Assembly (NCBI GenBank): GCA_013425425.1
Contig: JACCLJ010000053.1
Coordinates: 1 to 49,852 of the forward strand
DNA from: Candidatus Micrarchaeota archaeon
Lineage (GTDB): Archaea; Micrarchaeota; Micrarchaeia; Anstonellales; Bilamarchaeaceae
DNA length: 49,852 nt
Direction of reading: 5' to 3'
Position numbers and translations under genes: made by a program. The notes beneath the pieces were generated by a model, which saw only the letters and a list, made by a program, of their open reading frames with translations, made no database searches and was not told where the DNA came from. How positions within the stretch are numbered: the first letter of the stretch is position 1; each line of letters starts with the position of its first letter. This document shows positions 33,677 to 42,773 of this stretch, piece after piece.

Positions 33677-35758
33677 TCACCCAGTCTTTTCGGTTTTTTC
33701 CGCGGTCTTCTCCGTATCCTCCTTCTTTTTCTCCTCGCTTCTCTTCTTCCACTTGTCCTTTGAAGGGCAATTCGGGTCTATGCACATCTCAAATCTCATC
33801 CTCTCCCTTGCAACGAAAACGACGGCCTTGCCGCAGACCGGGCATGCCTTTTCGGTCGTTTTGACGAACGCACCCGTAGGCAGCGGATAGGCATTCCTGC
33901 AGTCCGGATATCCGCTGCAGCCTATGAACTGCCTCCCGGCCTTCAATCTTATTATCCTGAGGTTTCCGCCGCACTTGTCGCACTTGCCTATGGCACTCTC
34001 CTTCGCCTCGGTTACCTCGAGCCCGACCCCGATCTCCTTTCCTATGTTCTCTTCGTTCTTCTTCCATTTCTCAAGGATGCGGACGAGCATCCCCTTTCCC
34101 TCCTCGGTAACTTCCTGTTCGCCTATCTTTCCTTCCTGTATCTTTTCCATGTCATCTTCGATTTTTCTCGTAAGCTCATCGTCAAGTATCTCGGGCGCGT
34201 ATTTGTTCAGCACGTCCCTTACCTTCAGCCCGAAATCGGTGACCTCGATCGGCTTTCCGGTCGCGTATCCCCTCTTGAACAGCGTATCGACAACAACGCT
34301 TCTCGTGGCTTTGGTTCCGAGGTGCCGTTTTTCAAGCTCCGAAACAATCGACGCCTGGGTATACCTTTTCGGAGGCTGGGTGTCCTTCTTCGTTTTCCTC
34401 TTTTTCTTTACGCCGACTTCCTCCCCTTCCTTGAATTCCGGAAGCTCCTTGTCCGCGAATTTGAAATACCTGCCGTAGAACTCCGTCCATCCCTCCTTGG
34501 TTATCCTGCCCCCCTTTGCGACATACGGCTCTCCCCCCGCATCCACTTCGATAGTGGTATTCTCCCTTTCCGCAGGCGGCGCAAACGCGGCAAGGAACCG
34601 CCTCACGATCAGGTCATACAGCCTTTCCTCGTCCTTCCCCAGCTTTTCCCTCGGCTTCATTCCGGTCGGATGGATTGCGGGATGCGCGGGGTCGGTTTTC
34701 TTTCCCTGGAATATGCTGAACCATCTGTTTCCGATTATCTTTGCCGCGATGTCCGCATACTCCCCGTTTTCCTTAAGCTTCTCGATTATCCCGGGAAGGT
34801 AAATGCTCGGCGGAATCTGCTGCGAAGACGTTCTCGGGTATGTGATGAGCGAATCTTCATAGAGCGATTGCGAGACTTCAAGCGTTCTCGACGGATTGAA
34901 GCCGAACGTCCGGTGCGCCTCGACCTGCAGGCTCGTCAAATCAAAGCAAGGCCCGGGCCATATCTTTCCCTCCCTTTTCTCCATCCGCGTAACCTTTCCA
35001 CTGCCAGCGGTCCTTTCGAGGCTCCCGTCCGCTTCCTTCTCATCCATGAACTTGTCTTTCTTGTGCGTAAACTGGGCTTCCTTCATCTCTGCGGTGAGAA
35101 CCCAGTAGGGAACCGGGACGAACGCCCTTATCTCCTTCTCAAGCGTTGCAAGTATGTTGAGCGCCGGCCCCTGCACCCGCCCGATGCTCATGATTTTCGC
35201 ATGATGCGCCTTGCGCAGGGAACCCATAAGCGCCCTGCTCAGGTTTATGCCGTAGTACCAGTCGAGTATGTGCCTTGCCTCTCCCGCATAGGCGTTGTTG
35301 TAATCAAAATCGCTTCGGTTCTCATACGCTTCCTTCAGGTCCTTATCCGTCAATGCGGAGAACTTCATCCTCTTTCCTTCCTTTATTTTCGTCGCAAAGC
35401 GGAATATGTTGTATGAGATGAGCGTGCCTTCTATGTCATAGTCGCAGGCGGATACGAACCTGTCCGCCTTTTTCCCGAGCTCTTCAAGAAGGCTGAGATA
35501 GGGCTTTGTGAATGCGGCTCCCTTGGATGCCTTGTAGGAAGGAACCCATTCGATATCGAAAACCGGGTATCCCCTGGATTTTTTGCTCTCAGCCAGCGTG
35601 TAGATATGGCCTACCGCAGGAGCCACGATTATCTCCTTGCCGTCCATCTCTATCTCATAATAACTGACGTTGCCCTTCGCCTTTCTCGTTACCCTGCCGC
35701 CTATGGCCATGGCTATCTTCTGGGTCACTTTCGGCTTTTCCGCTACTATTAATTCCAT
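33677..35758 (-). CDS. topA: DNA topoisomerase, type IA (archaeal TopA/Topo III-like) with C-terminal zinc ribbons
   Basis: Toprim MELIVAEKP... and ACDYDIEG. Active-site LITYPRTSS. CDKCGG...GCSGYPDC and CPVCG...CIDPNC fingers. ATG 35758 preferred over TTG 35764. Confidence 0.9.
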   Translation of the reverse strand: MELIVAEKPKVTQKIAMAIGGRVTRKAKGNVSYYEIEMDGKEIIVAPAVGHIYTLAESKKSRGYPVFDIEWVPSYKASKGAAFTKPYLSLLEELGKKADRFVSACDYDIEGTLISYNIFRFATKIKEGKRMKFSALTDKDLKEAYENRSDFDYNNAYAGEARHILDWYYGINLSRALMGSLRKAHHAKIMSIGRVQGPALNILATLEKEIRAFVPVPYWVLTAEMKEAQFTHKKDKFMDEKEADGSLERTAGSGKVTRMEKREGKIWPGPCFDLTSLQVEAHRTFGFNPSRTLEVSQSLYEDSLITYPRTSSQQIPPSIYLPGIIEKLKENGEYADIAAKIIGNRWFSIFQGKKTDPAHPAIHPTGMKPREKLGKDEERLYDLIVRRFLAAFAPPAERENTTIEVDAGGEPYVAKGGRITKEGWTEFYGRYFKFADKELPEFKEGEEVGVKKKRKTKKDTQPPKRYTQASIVSELEKRHLGTKATRSVVVDTLFKRGYATGKPIEVTDFGLKVRDVLNKYAPEILDDELTRKIEDDMEKIQEGKIGEQEVTEEGKGMLVRILEKWKKNEENIGKEIGVGLEVTEAKESAIGKCDKCGGNLRIIRLKAGRQFIGCSGYPDCRNAYPLPTGAFVKTTEKACPVCGKAVVFVARERMRFEMCIDPNCPSKDKWKKRSEEKKKEDTEKTAEKTEKTG

Positions 35759-35820
35759 AGGCAATCAGGATTTTATCTAAATAGGACAATCATTAAAAAG
35801 CTAAGGTGCAAAAATCACCC

Positions 35821-36291
35821 ATGGAATTCCTGAGAATCTCATGGGAGGAAGCCGCCAAGCTTTGCGAGGAGCTCGTCCATAAAACCGAGTACTACAAGCC
35901 GGATATCCTTGTGGGGGTTTCACGGGGCGGCCTTGTTCCGCTGCGCATCTTCTCGGACGTGTTAGGCATAAAGAGGCTGGGCGTTTTGGGCATCCAGTTC
36001 TACAAGAAAATAGGCGAAACGAGCGATTTCCCGGAAATAACGCACGACCTGCCGATAGACGTACGGGGCAAGAAAGTGCTTATCATAGACGACGTCGCCG
36101 ATACGGGAAAGAGCCTCATCGCTGCAAGGGAATACGTTAACAGGAAAGGGGCGAAGGAAATAAAGACCGCGACAATCCATTTCAAGCCGCATTCAATCCT
36201 GAAGCCGGATTATTTCGTCGCGGTGACCACTGCATGGATAATCTATCCATGGGAACGGCATGAAGTAGAAAGAGAATTGAAAAAGAAATAA
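35821..36291 (+). CDS. Purine phosphoribosyltransferase (Hpt/Gpt-like)
   Basis: VLIIDDVADTGKSL PRPP motif. ISWEEAAKLCEEL...GVSRGGLVP. ATG 35821 lies about 25 nt after TATA CATTAAAAAG, implying a leaderless mRNA. The track's GTG is at 35806. Confidence 0.85.
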   Translation: MEFLRISWEEAAKLCEELVHKTEYYKPDILVGVSRGGLVPLRIFSDVLGIKRLGVLGIQFYKKIGETSDFPEITHDLPIDVRGKKVLIIDDVADTGKSLIAAREYVNRKGAKEIKTATIHFKPHSILKPDYFVAVTTAWIIYPWERHEVERELKKK

Positions 36292-36316
36292 ATAAAAAAA
36301 AAGAAAAAATTGCCGC

Positions 36317-37690
36317 TTATATGTTGTAGTAGTTCTTGTGGTCCTGCATGCTTATCGCTTTCCTGTCCTCCTTGTGCTGCCTCAGCTTGAGGTCCAGGTA
36401 GTCTTCGAGAAGCTCCGGCGGGATGACGCCTTTTATGAACTTGGTGTCGCTTTCCAGCGCCTCGATTGCCTCATAGAGGCTTGTGGGCAGTTCCTTCGTG
36501 ATCCTCTTCTTCCTGCCTTCCTTCTCCTCTTCGGTCGGGTCGCCGGGGTCTATCTTGCTCTTCATGCCATCCAGGCCCGCGGCCACAACGGCGGCATACG
36601 CGAGATAGGCGTTTACAGACGGGTCCGCTCCGGCATAGACGATCCTCTTGGTGTCTTTCGTGTTCTTCTTCGCATACGGAACGGTAACAATGGCGTTCCT
36701 GTCGGTTGCGCTCCATCCGACCACCTTCGGCTCCGCAGCCATCTTCTTGTAGGAATTCGGCAGCGGGGCGGTGAATAGCGAGAGTGCCGGACTATGCTCC
36801 AGAAGGCCGCCTATGTAGTACCTTGCCATCTGGCTCATCTGCGCATAATCATCCTTCGGGTCGTAGAATATATTGTTGTCAGCCGTCTTCCAGAGGCTGG
36901 TAGCTATCTTGAGGTTGTTGCCCTTTTCCCCCTCTATCGGATACGGCATGAAGGTGCATGAAGCGTTAACCGCAGTAGCCAGGTTCCTCAGGACGAATTT
37001 GAATGTGTTAAGGCCGTCCGCCGCTGCCTTCAATCCCCTTTCTGCAAGGTCGAAGGTCTGCTGCGCGGTAGGCGATTTGCCGTGCCTGTGCCCGTCCACC
37101 ATTATGCCGAAGCTGTCTTCGAGCGTTTCGGACGCCTGGCACCTTGCCGAATAGAGCGAATCAAACGGCTGGGCTGCATATGCTCCGGCCTTGTTTGAAA
37201 GCGGGGATGGCCCCCAGAATGCTTCCCTCGAGTCCAGAAGCGCGCCCACCCCCCTGCCCGGGGCGGTCCTGTCCACCGTTACGGTATCAAGTATGTGGCA
37301 GTCGACTTCCGTTCCGAGCTTCGAGTATGCGATTCCCGCGGCGCTCAGGTTGGTTTCCATGCGCTCAGCCACGTATCTCGAATCCTTCAGGAACCTCTCC
37401 TTTTCAGGCATGGCGACCACGTCGCAAAGGAATCTTACGGTTGCAGGTTCCCACGGAATCCTTGCGAGGGTGTCCGGATCGGGGAGAAGCACCAATTCGC
37501 CCTGGGCGCTTTTTCCGAAAACATCGTCAAGGTTCGCGGCATGCACGCCCTTGCCGAACGTGTCCTCCTCTATCTTCCTGTTGGAAATGCTGACCCTGTG
37601 AATCGTTCCATCCACCGCAAAGAACTGGAGGTCTATCCATCTTATTTCATTTGTAGCTATATATTTCAAAACATCGTCTATGGCTGCCAA
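36317..37690 (-). CDS. Glutamine synthetase-fold protein with substituted catalytic motifs (GS-like, probably not a canonical GlnA)
   Basis: Collinear with type I GS (N-terminal beta-grasp WIDLQFFAVDG, PDPDT...PW, NSYKK, ADPSVNAYLAYAAVVAAGLDG). However, GSGMHxH is GNNLKIA, HHE is RHG, and NRSAxIRxP is DRNAIVTVP. TTG start. Confidence 0.8.
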   Translation of the reverse strand: MAAIDDVLKYIATNEIRWIDLQFFAVDGTIHRVSISNRKIEEDTFGKGVHAANLDDVFGKSAQGELVLLPDPDTLARIPWEPATVRFLCDVVAMPEKERFLKDSRYVAERMETNLSAAGIAYSKLGTEVDCHILDTVTVDRTAPGRGVGALLDSREAFWGPSPLSNKAGAYAAQPFDSLYSARCQASETLEDSFGIMVDGHRHGKSPTAQQTFDLAERGLKAAADGLNTFKFVLRNLATAVNASCTFMPYPIEGEKGNNLKIATSLWKTADNNIFYDPKDDYAQMSQMARYYIGGLLEHSPALSLFTAPLPNSYKKMAAEPKVVGWSATDRNAIVTVPYAKKNTKDTKRIVYAGADPSVNAYLAYAAVVAAGLDGMKSKIDPGDPTEEEKEGRKKRITKELPTSLYEAIEALESDTKFIKGVIPPELLEDYLDLKLRQHKEDRKAISMQDHKNYYNI

Positions 37691-37760
37691 AACACCACCT
37701 CAATTTTGATTTAATAGAGATAAATAATAATAAATAGGTTTCGATACGATTTTCTTTCTA

Positions 37761-39062
37761 ATGTTCGGCACTTCAGGAATCAGGGGGCTTTACGGCAGCG
37801 AAATCGACGAAAAGCTCGCGATTATCGTTTCAAACATCTTCGCCGATTGCGATGTTGCTGTCGGAAGGGACATTCGGAAAACCGGCCTGCCGCTCGCCCA
37901 TGCGGTTTTTTCCGGCATAACTTCAGCAGGATCGGATGCCATAGACCTCGGCATCGTCCCCACACCCACGGTCGCTTTTGCGGCAAAAACCAGGGGGATA
38001 AAGGGCATGATGATTACCGCATCCCACAATCCTCCGGAATACAACGGTTTGAAATTCATCAGCAACGGCATGGAAATCGGAAAAAGCGACGAGAGGGCAG
38101 TGGAAGCGAAATACAAAAAAAAGGAGGTCCGCCTCGCTTCGTGGGACGGCACGGGCAGGCTCATAACCGACAATTCCTTCATCGCAAAGCACAAGGAATC
38201 CGTAAAATCGCTCGTAAGCATCCCGAAAAACAAAAAACCCAAAATCGTTATCGACTCAAATGGTTCGGGTGCAGTCATTACGCCCTCGTTGTTCCGCGAA
38301 CTCGGTTGCGATGTGATAAGCATCAACGATTCGCTCGAAGCGTTTTCCCGCCCGTCCGAGCCGAATGCGAAGAACCTTGAGGGGCTTTCCAAAAAGATAG
38401 TTGAAACCAAGGCGGATTTCGGGATAGCGCATGACGGCGATGCGGACAGGTGCGTAATCATCGACGAAAAAGGCGAGATGATTCCGTTCGACGTCCAGCT
38501 TTCCATGATGATTGAGCACGAGCTTGCGAAATCAAAAAACAGGAAAATAGTTTCCACAACCGAATCCTCGCTTCTCATCCGCGAGACGGTTGAAAGCAAC
38601 GGAGGCGAGTTGATCGTCACTCCCGTGGGCAGCGTCTATGTAGGCGAGACGCTCGAGCGGGACGTGGCGGTTTTTGGAGGAGAGCCGTGCGGGGAATACA
38701 TCTACCAGCAGGGCGTCCATCTTCCCGATGCCATCCTTGCAGCAGCGAAATTCCTTGAGATTTATCTGGAGAAAGGAAAATTCTCCGAGCTTAAGAAAAG
38801 GTATAAGACGTATCCCATCCACCGCGACAAATTCCCTGCAAAAAACAAGCGCGAGTCCATGGAAAAAATAAAATCGCAGATAAAGACAGAAGGAAAAGTC
38901 AATGATGAAGATGGCATCCGCGTCGATGAACAAGATGGCTGGTTCCTCATAAGAGCGTCAGGAACAGAACCAATAGTACGGCTTACAATGGAATACAAGG
39001 ACAAGGAAAAACTGGAAAGAAAAAAGAAAGAATTGATTGAAATTATCAGGAAATCTATTTAG
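37761..39062 (+). CDS. glmM: Phosphoglucosamine/phosphohexose mutase
   Basis: MFGTSGIRG, TASHNPPEYNGLK (active Ser), GIAHDGDADRC (Mg site), GGEPCGE, RASGTEP. Confidence 0.9.
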   Translation: MFGTSGIRGLYGSEIDEKLAIIVSNIFADCDVAVGRDIRKTGLPLAHAVFSGITSAGSDAIDLGIVPTPTVAFAAKTRGIKGMMITASHNPPEYNGLKFISNGMEIGKSDERAVEAKYKKKEVRLASWDGTGRLITDNSFIAKHKESVKSLVSIPKNKKPKIVIDSNGSGAVITPSLFRELGCDVISINDSLEAFSRPSEPNAKNLEGLSKKIVETKADFGIAHDGDADRCVIIDEKGEMIPFDVQLSMMIEHELAKSKNRKIVSTTESSLLIRETVESNGGELIVTPVGSVYVGETLERDVAVFGGEPCGEYIYQQGVHLPDAILAAAKFLEIYLEKGKFSELKKRYKTYPIHRDKFPAKNKRESMEKIKSQIKTEGKVNDEDGIRVDEQDGWFLIRASGTEPIVRLTMEYKDKEKLERKKKELIEIIRKSI

Positions 39063-39828
39063 ACTTCTCGTTCATGAAGTCGTCGAACTTTTCCTCAGTA
39101 GTTTTTGGTTTTGCTTTCTGCTCAGGCTCTTCTGGTTTTTCTGATGCTAGTCTCCAGTCTCTCTCTTTATAGTATTCTGACCGTAGCTTGATATCATCAG
39201 ATGTTGATGGGCTGAATCCTGGCTTATTTATTGGTAGGCCGGATCTCGAATGAATTATCTCACCGCCGTCCTTTGGGGTAAGGGGGTCTTCCCTCCACGG
39301 CTTCAGCCGCTCTACAAGTTCTTCTGGCGCCATTCTGTTTCTTAGAAAGTCTAAAAGCTTCTGCGGTATTTCCACTTCAGGCTCTTCTGGTTTTTCTGAG
39401 CTCTCTTCTTTAAAACGCTCTTTAACCAACCTACAAATCGCGCTAGCTTCTAGCTCTATGGGCGGATGGTCATAGAGTGAATCTTCAAAGTCCTGGATAG
39501 TCAAATCTGAAACATCCTTTCCCAAGCGCCTTGCAAGTTCTTTTTTTGTGCTTTCTGGAGTTATACTCAAAATTCCTTCCTCGGTTCTTTTAATCATCCT
39601 TGTTTTTTCTTCAGATGTAAGACTATCCCACTGTTTCTTGGCTTCATTGCCTTTATCGCTAGGTCTATATGCACGAAGTATCCTATTCGCTTTCTCAGTA
39701 TCGCTCTCCAGCCTAGGTTTATCTTCTACCATTCGGTTCCCAAACTGTTTCTCCGGAGGTTTAGAAGTGTTATCTCTCTCGCCTTTCCTTTCCGGTTTTT
39801 TCTTCTCTCTCATACCCATAAATATCAC
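39055..39828 (-). CDS. Orphan, highly charged low-complexity protein with internal SEKPEEPE repeat
   Basis: AT-richer than its neighbours. ATG at 39819 or 39813 likely (track GTG 39828). 8-nt convergent overlap with glmM. Confidence 0.55.
   Translation of the reverse strand: MIFMGMREKKKPERKGERDNTSKPPEKQFGNRMVEDKPRLESDTEKANRILRAYRPSDKGNEAKKQWDSLTSEEKTRMIKRTEEGILSITPESTKKELARRLGKDVSDLTIQDFEDSLYDHPPIELEASAICRLVKERFKEESSEKPEEPEVEIPQKLLDFLRNRMAPEELVERLKPWREDPLTPKDGGEIIHSRSGLPINKPGFSPSTSDDIKLRSEYYKERDWRLASEKPEEPEQKAKPKTTEEKFDDFMNEKSK
39121..39399 (-). repeat. Two exact 23-24-nt direct repeats (39121-39144 and 39376-39399), 255 nt apart and in frame
   Basis: TCAGGCTCTTCTGGTTTTTCTGA occurs twice on the + strand. 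Both copies encode SEKPEEPE. Confidence 0.8.
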
Positions 39829-39960
39829 TTTTTGTATATTTAATTGTGTGCGGAAGGTTTTATAAATGTTGCTAAAAATGGAAAATGCAGGTTTATGCGG
39901 GCGCGCAGGGGCAGGTGGCGAAGGTTAACAAAACAGTTAACTTTCAGAAAAGCGTGGCGT

Positions 39961-39992
39961 AAGAAAAAGAAGATAAAATAAAAAGAAAAAAA
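39961..39992 (-). terminator. Oligo-T runs downstream of the thermosome gene
   Basis: The minus strand reads TTTTTTTCTTTTTATTTTATCTTCTTTTTCTT immediately after the stop at 40001. Confidence 0.6.
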
Positions 39993-40000
39993 CCAGGGAA

Positions 40001-41656
40001 CTAATCCATTCCCATTTCTCCGCCCGGACCGCCCATTCCGCCGGGAGGCATTCCGCCTGATTTTCCTCTCGAACTGATTATATCGTCAATCCTCAGGATG
40101 AGCCTTGCGGTTTCGGTTGCCGAGCTTATCGCCTGCTTTTTCACTTTTGCAGGCTCAAGAACGCCGATTTTCTCAACGTCGTCAACCCTTCCTCTCAGGA
40201 CATCGACACCATAGCTGTTTCCTTCCTTGCTTGCCTTGTGCCTGGTTCTGAGGGTAACGAGCGTGTCTATCGCGTCCATGCCCGCATTCTCCGCAAGCGC
40301 CTTCGGAATCGCTTCAAGCGCCTCTGCGAATGCCTGTATCGCAAGCTGCTCGCGGCCCCCCACCTTTATCGCATAGTCCTGCAAGGCAGAGCTTATCGCC
40401 ATCTCCGCGCTTCCGCCTCCTACGACGTATTTGCCGTATTCGATGGTTGCGCCCACAGCGCCTATGGCGTCCTTCACAGCCCTTTCAACCTCGCTCACGA
40501 CATGCTCCGTTCCGCCGCGCACGAATATGGAAACGCTCTTCGGATCCTTGCACTCCCTTACGAAAACCATCGCCTCGCCGCCTACCTTCTTTTCCTCCAC
40601 AAGGCCTGCGTTCCCGAGGTCGCTCTCGTTCAGGTCGTCAAGGCTGGATGCAACCTTCGCACCCGTCGCCCTTGCCAGTTTTTCCATATCGCTCTTCTTG
40701 ACGCGTCTTACCGCCATTATCTTCATCTTGGCCAGGTAATGCTGCGCAAGGTCGTCTATTCCCTTCTGGCAGAATACGGCGGTAGCACCGGACCTCTGTA
40801 TTTTTCCAACCATCTCCTTGAGCATCTTCTCCTCCTGCTTGAGGAAGGATTCCATCTGCTCAGGCGAGGTTATCTCGATTTTGGCATCGGTTTCGGTCTT
40901 CTCGATTTCGAGCGCAGAATCAATAAGCGCTATCTTCGCCGCCTTTATCGTCTTTGGCATCCCGGCATGGACGATCTCCTTGTCAACGATTATGCCGTTT
41001 ATGAGTTCGGTGTCCAGCACATCTCCGCCTGCTTTTTTCTCTATCTGGATGAAATCCGAATCAACGACGTACTTGCCATCCCTCTTCTCGGCCACCTGCT
41101 TCAGCGCCGTTACAACGATATTCGCTATCTTGGTCTTCTCCTCCTCGCTTCCGACTCCCTTTGAACCCATCGAAATCATTGCTATCCTGTTCAGGGTTTT
41201 TGCGTCTTCCGGGGTGACGTCCTTGCTTATCCTTTCGAGAATCTTCATGGCTTCCTGCTCTGCCACTTCGTATCCCTTGATAATCGTTGTCGGATGGATT
41301 CCCTGCTCAAGAAGCGTTCCCGCGTTCTTAAGGAGGTTTCCGCCTATTACAACGGAAGTGGTCGTTCCATCGCCTACCTCCTTGTCCTGCGTCTTTGCAA
41401 CCTCGACCATCAGCTTCGCTGCGGGATGGTCAACATTCATCTCGTCGAGAATCGTGGCGCCATCGTTTGTTATGACTATGTCACCAAGGTCGCTTACGAG
41501 CATCTTGTCCATTCCCTTCGGGCCGAGCGTGGTCTTGACTATGTTAGCCACCGCATACCCTATGGCGATGTTTATCCTCATCGCATCCCTGCCCAGTATC
41601 CTTTGCGCCCCTTCCGGAAGCACATACATCTGTTCACCTGACATTTGTTTTGCCAT
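40001..41656 (-). CDS. ths: Thermosome subunit (group II chaperonin)
   Basis: Full-length match: [35 protein letters not shown]-terminal [18 protein letters not shown] tail. GGTGG Shine-Dalgarno-like box upstream. Confidence 0.95.
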   Translation of the reverse strand: MAKQMSGEQMYVLPEGAQRILGRDAMRINIAIGYAVANIVKTTLGPKGMDKMLVSDLGDIVITNDGATILDEMNVDHPAAKLMVEVAKTQDKEVGDGTTTSVVIGGNLLKNAGTLLEQGIHPTTIIKGYEVAEQEAMKILERISKDVTPEDAKTLNRIAMISMGSKGVGSEEEKTKIANIVVTALKQVAEKRDGKYVVDSDFIQIEKKAGGDVLDTELINGIIVDKEIVHAGMPKTIKAAKIALIDSALEIEKTETDAKIEITSPEQMESFLKQEEKMLKEMVGKIQRSGATAVFCQKGIDDLAQHYLAKMKIMAVRRVKKSDMEKLARATGAKVASSLDDLNESDLGNAGLVEEKKVGGEAMVFVRECKDPKSVSIFVRGGTEHVVSEVERAVKDAIGAVGATIEYGKYVVGGGSAEMAISSALQDYAIKVGGREQLAIQAFAEALEAIPKALAENAGMDAIDTLVTLRTRHKASKEGNSYGVDVLRGRVDDVEKIGVLEPAKVKKQAISSATETARLILRIDDIISSRGKSGGMPPGGMGGPGGEMGMD

Positions 41657-41799
41657 ATTCCCACCTTTTTTCAGAGTATTAATATTCGGTTTTTATTCGC
41701 TTCAAGATTCGAATTATACCCTAAAAGTTGTAAATTGAATATGGGAAAAAGACTTTTTAAAGGTTGTGAAGCGCCCCAACCCGCATATTTCTTCCCTCT

Positions 41800-42159
41800 C
41801 TACGGCATTTTCCGCATTATCTGGAAGTGCGGATGCAACACATCTCTTGTTCCCATGCTGGCATCGCAGCTGGAATCTACGGGCCTGTACTCCTGTTTCG
41901 GAATATCCGCGGTTCTTGCTATTCCCACTGGGCTTCTTACTGCCATCCGTCCGGAATACATCCTCCGGGTATAGCTCTTTACGAGGCTGCTGATGCTCGA
42001 ACTTTCTGACAAAACCGGCCTGATGTTTCTCTCCTGCCCGCCCAGGCCCTTTCCTGCGTATTTGTCAAAAATATTATTCAGAACAGAAGCCGGACTCGTG
42101 GATACGACTGCATCCCTCATCCGCTGGAGTTCAAATTCCATTTTTGCCATTCTGTTCAT
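41800..42159 (-). CDS. Orphan basic protein (119 aa)
   Basis: ATG 42159 lies 24 nt downstream of TTTATAAA (42183-42190, minus strand), a leaderless geometry. More protein-like than the overlapping + strand ORF 41645-41974. No family recognised. Confidence 0.45.
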   Translation of the reverse strand: MNRMAKMEFELQRMRDAVVSTSPASVLNNIFDKYAGKGLGGQERNIRPVLSESSSISSLVKSYTRRMYSGRMAVRSPVGIARTADIPKQEYRPVDSSCDASMGTRDVLHPHFQIMRKMP

Positions 42160-42218
42160 GTTATTATATATGTCTGAAACTGTTTATAAATGTTGTGGTT
42201 TAAGGTGGAACTGAATGT

Positions 42219-42240
42219 TAAAATAGAAAAAGAAAATATT
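42219..42240 (-). terminator. Oligo-T tract after the tRNA (minus strand AATATTTTCTTTTTCTATTTT)
   Basis: Immediately 3' of the tRNA discriminator base. Confidence 0.55.
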
Positions 42241-42241
42241 A

Positions 42242-42403
42242 TGCAGGGGGAAGGATTTGAACCTTCGAAGGCACTAAGCCACAGGATTTCACGAGAGCAT
42301 GAGGAAGACCTCACGGCTTTTCGTTAACGTTTTGCCATCGGAAAAACCGAAGACAAAAGGTTACTTAAGTCCTGCACATTTGACCGGGCTTTGTTACCCC
42401 TGC
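42242..42403 (-). tRNA. tRNA-Leu(UAA), class II, with a 76-nt intron at position 37/38 (intron 42288-42363); CCA not encoded
   Basis: Hand-folded. Acceptor GCAGGGG/CCCCUGC plus discriminator A. D-loop AGCCCGGUCAAA. Anticodon stem CAGGA/UCCUG with loop CUUAAG|A. Long variable arm. T-arm GAAGG-UUCAAAU-CCUUC. Confidence 0.85.
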
Positions 42404-42523
42404 AAGAAGGGCTACCCGTGCTTCTCGTATGTGCCCTATCTTTGTACCCACCTGAGAAAGAACCCAGATGACTATAATCGCCGAGGGCAGGATTTTCATG
42501 CGTTTTAGCATGCCCGTTTTTGG

Positions 42524-42544
42524 GCGCTTTTTACTAAAAAGCGC
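42524..42544. terminator. Perfect 9-bp hairpin GCGCTTTTT-ACT-AAAAAGCGC with T-runs on both strands
   Basis: Lies at the 3' end of the 42534-42740 element; that element's stop codon sits in the loop. Confidence 0.55.
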
Positions 42545-42740
42545 AATTTGAACCTGCAATCCCAGAGGGATCGGTTTTCCCGTTATCCGGTTCGAGATTC
42601 GTCCAGTTAATTGTCCGACGCACTACCGGATTGCACGCGAACCGCGGGCAAATTTCGAACGCAGTTCGATGCTTTATGCGACCTCGGCGAATGGATATGA
42701 GACGAGGGATTTGGCCAAAGCCAAAACGACCTCGGCGCAT
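42534..42740 (-). CDS. Either a leaderless 68-codon arginine-rich ORF or a roughly 200-nt structured ncRNA (unresolved)
   Basis: ATG 42740 is 23 nt from the TATA box and the 3' end is a hairpin plus T5. The sequence is also packed with helices (TCGAAC-TGC-GTTCGA, TTTGGC-TTTG-GCCAAA, GCAATCC...GGATTGC, TCCGGT...ACCGGA) and has an 11-nt direct repeat CGCCGAGGTCG. Confidence 0.4.
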   Translation of the reverse strand: MRRGRFGFGQIPRLISIRRGRIKHRTAFEICPRFACNPVVRRTINWTNLEPDNGKTDPSGIAGSNCAF

Positions 42741-42762
42741 AAGCTATAGAACACACGAACAA

Positions 42763-42773
42763 ATATTTTAAAA
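42763..42773. promoter_or_regulatory. Shared bidirectional TATA box (ATATTTTAAAA)
   Basis: Centred in the 56-nt gap. 23 nt to ATG 42740 (minus strand) and 24 nt to ATG 42797 (plus strand). Confidence 0.55.

Noticed and set aside
39887-39937. 16-codon ORF (MENAGLCGRAGAGGEG) downstream of a TATA-like box, in the gap between the charged orphan gene and the thermosome terminator.
   Set aside because: Too short, Gly/Ala-rich, no ribosome-binding site and nothing distinctive. The TATA-like box more plausibly serves the minus-strand gene starting near 39819.
41645-41974. Plus-strand ORF of 109 aa between the thermosome gene and the tRNA.
   Set aside because: It begins inside the thermosome start region, is Phe/Cys/Leu-rich, and has no promoter geometry. 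The overlapping minus-strand ORF 41800-42159 has a TATA box 24 nt upstream and a more protein-like composition.
42299-42559. Track ORFs 42299-42508 (+) and 42365-42559 (-).
   Set aside because: They run through the tRNA-Leu gene, its intron and its upstream region, so they are almost certainly non-coding.
42545-42640. Possible second tRNA, or a split or permuted tRNA, suggested by GGTTCAAAT (T-loop-like) and the 7-bp pairing GCAATCC/GGATTGC.
   Set aside because: The T-loop-like motif has no complementary T-stem (GCAGG versus TGCGC) and lies 3' of the putative acceptor pairing. No D-arm or anticodon arm could be built. It is kept only as part of the unresolved 42534-42740 element.
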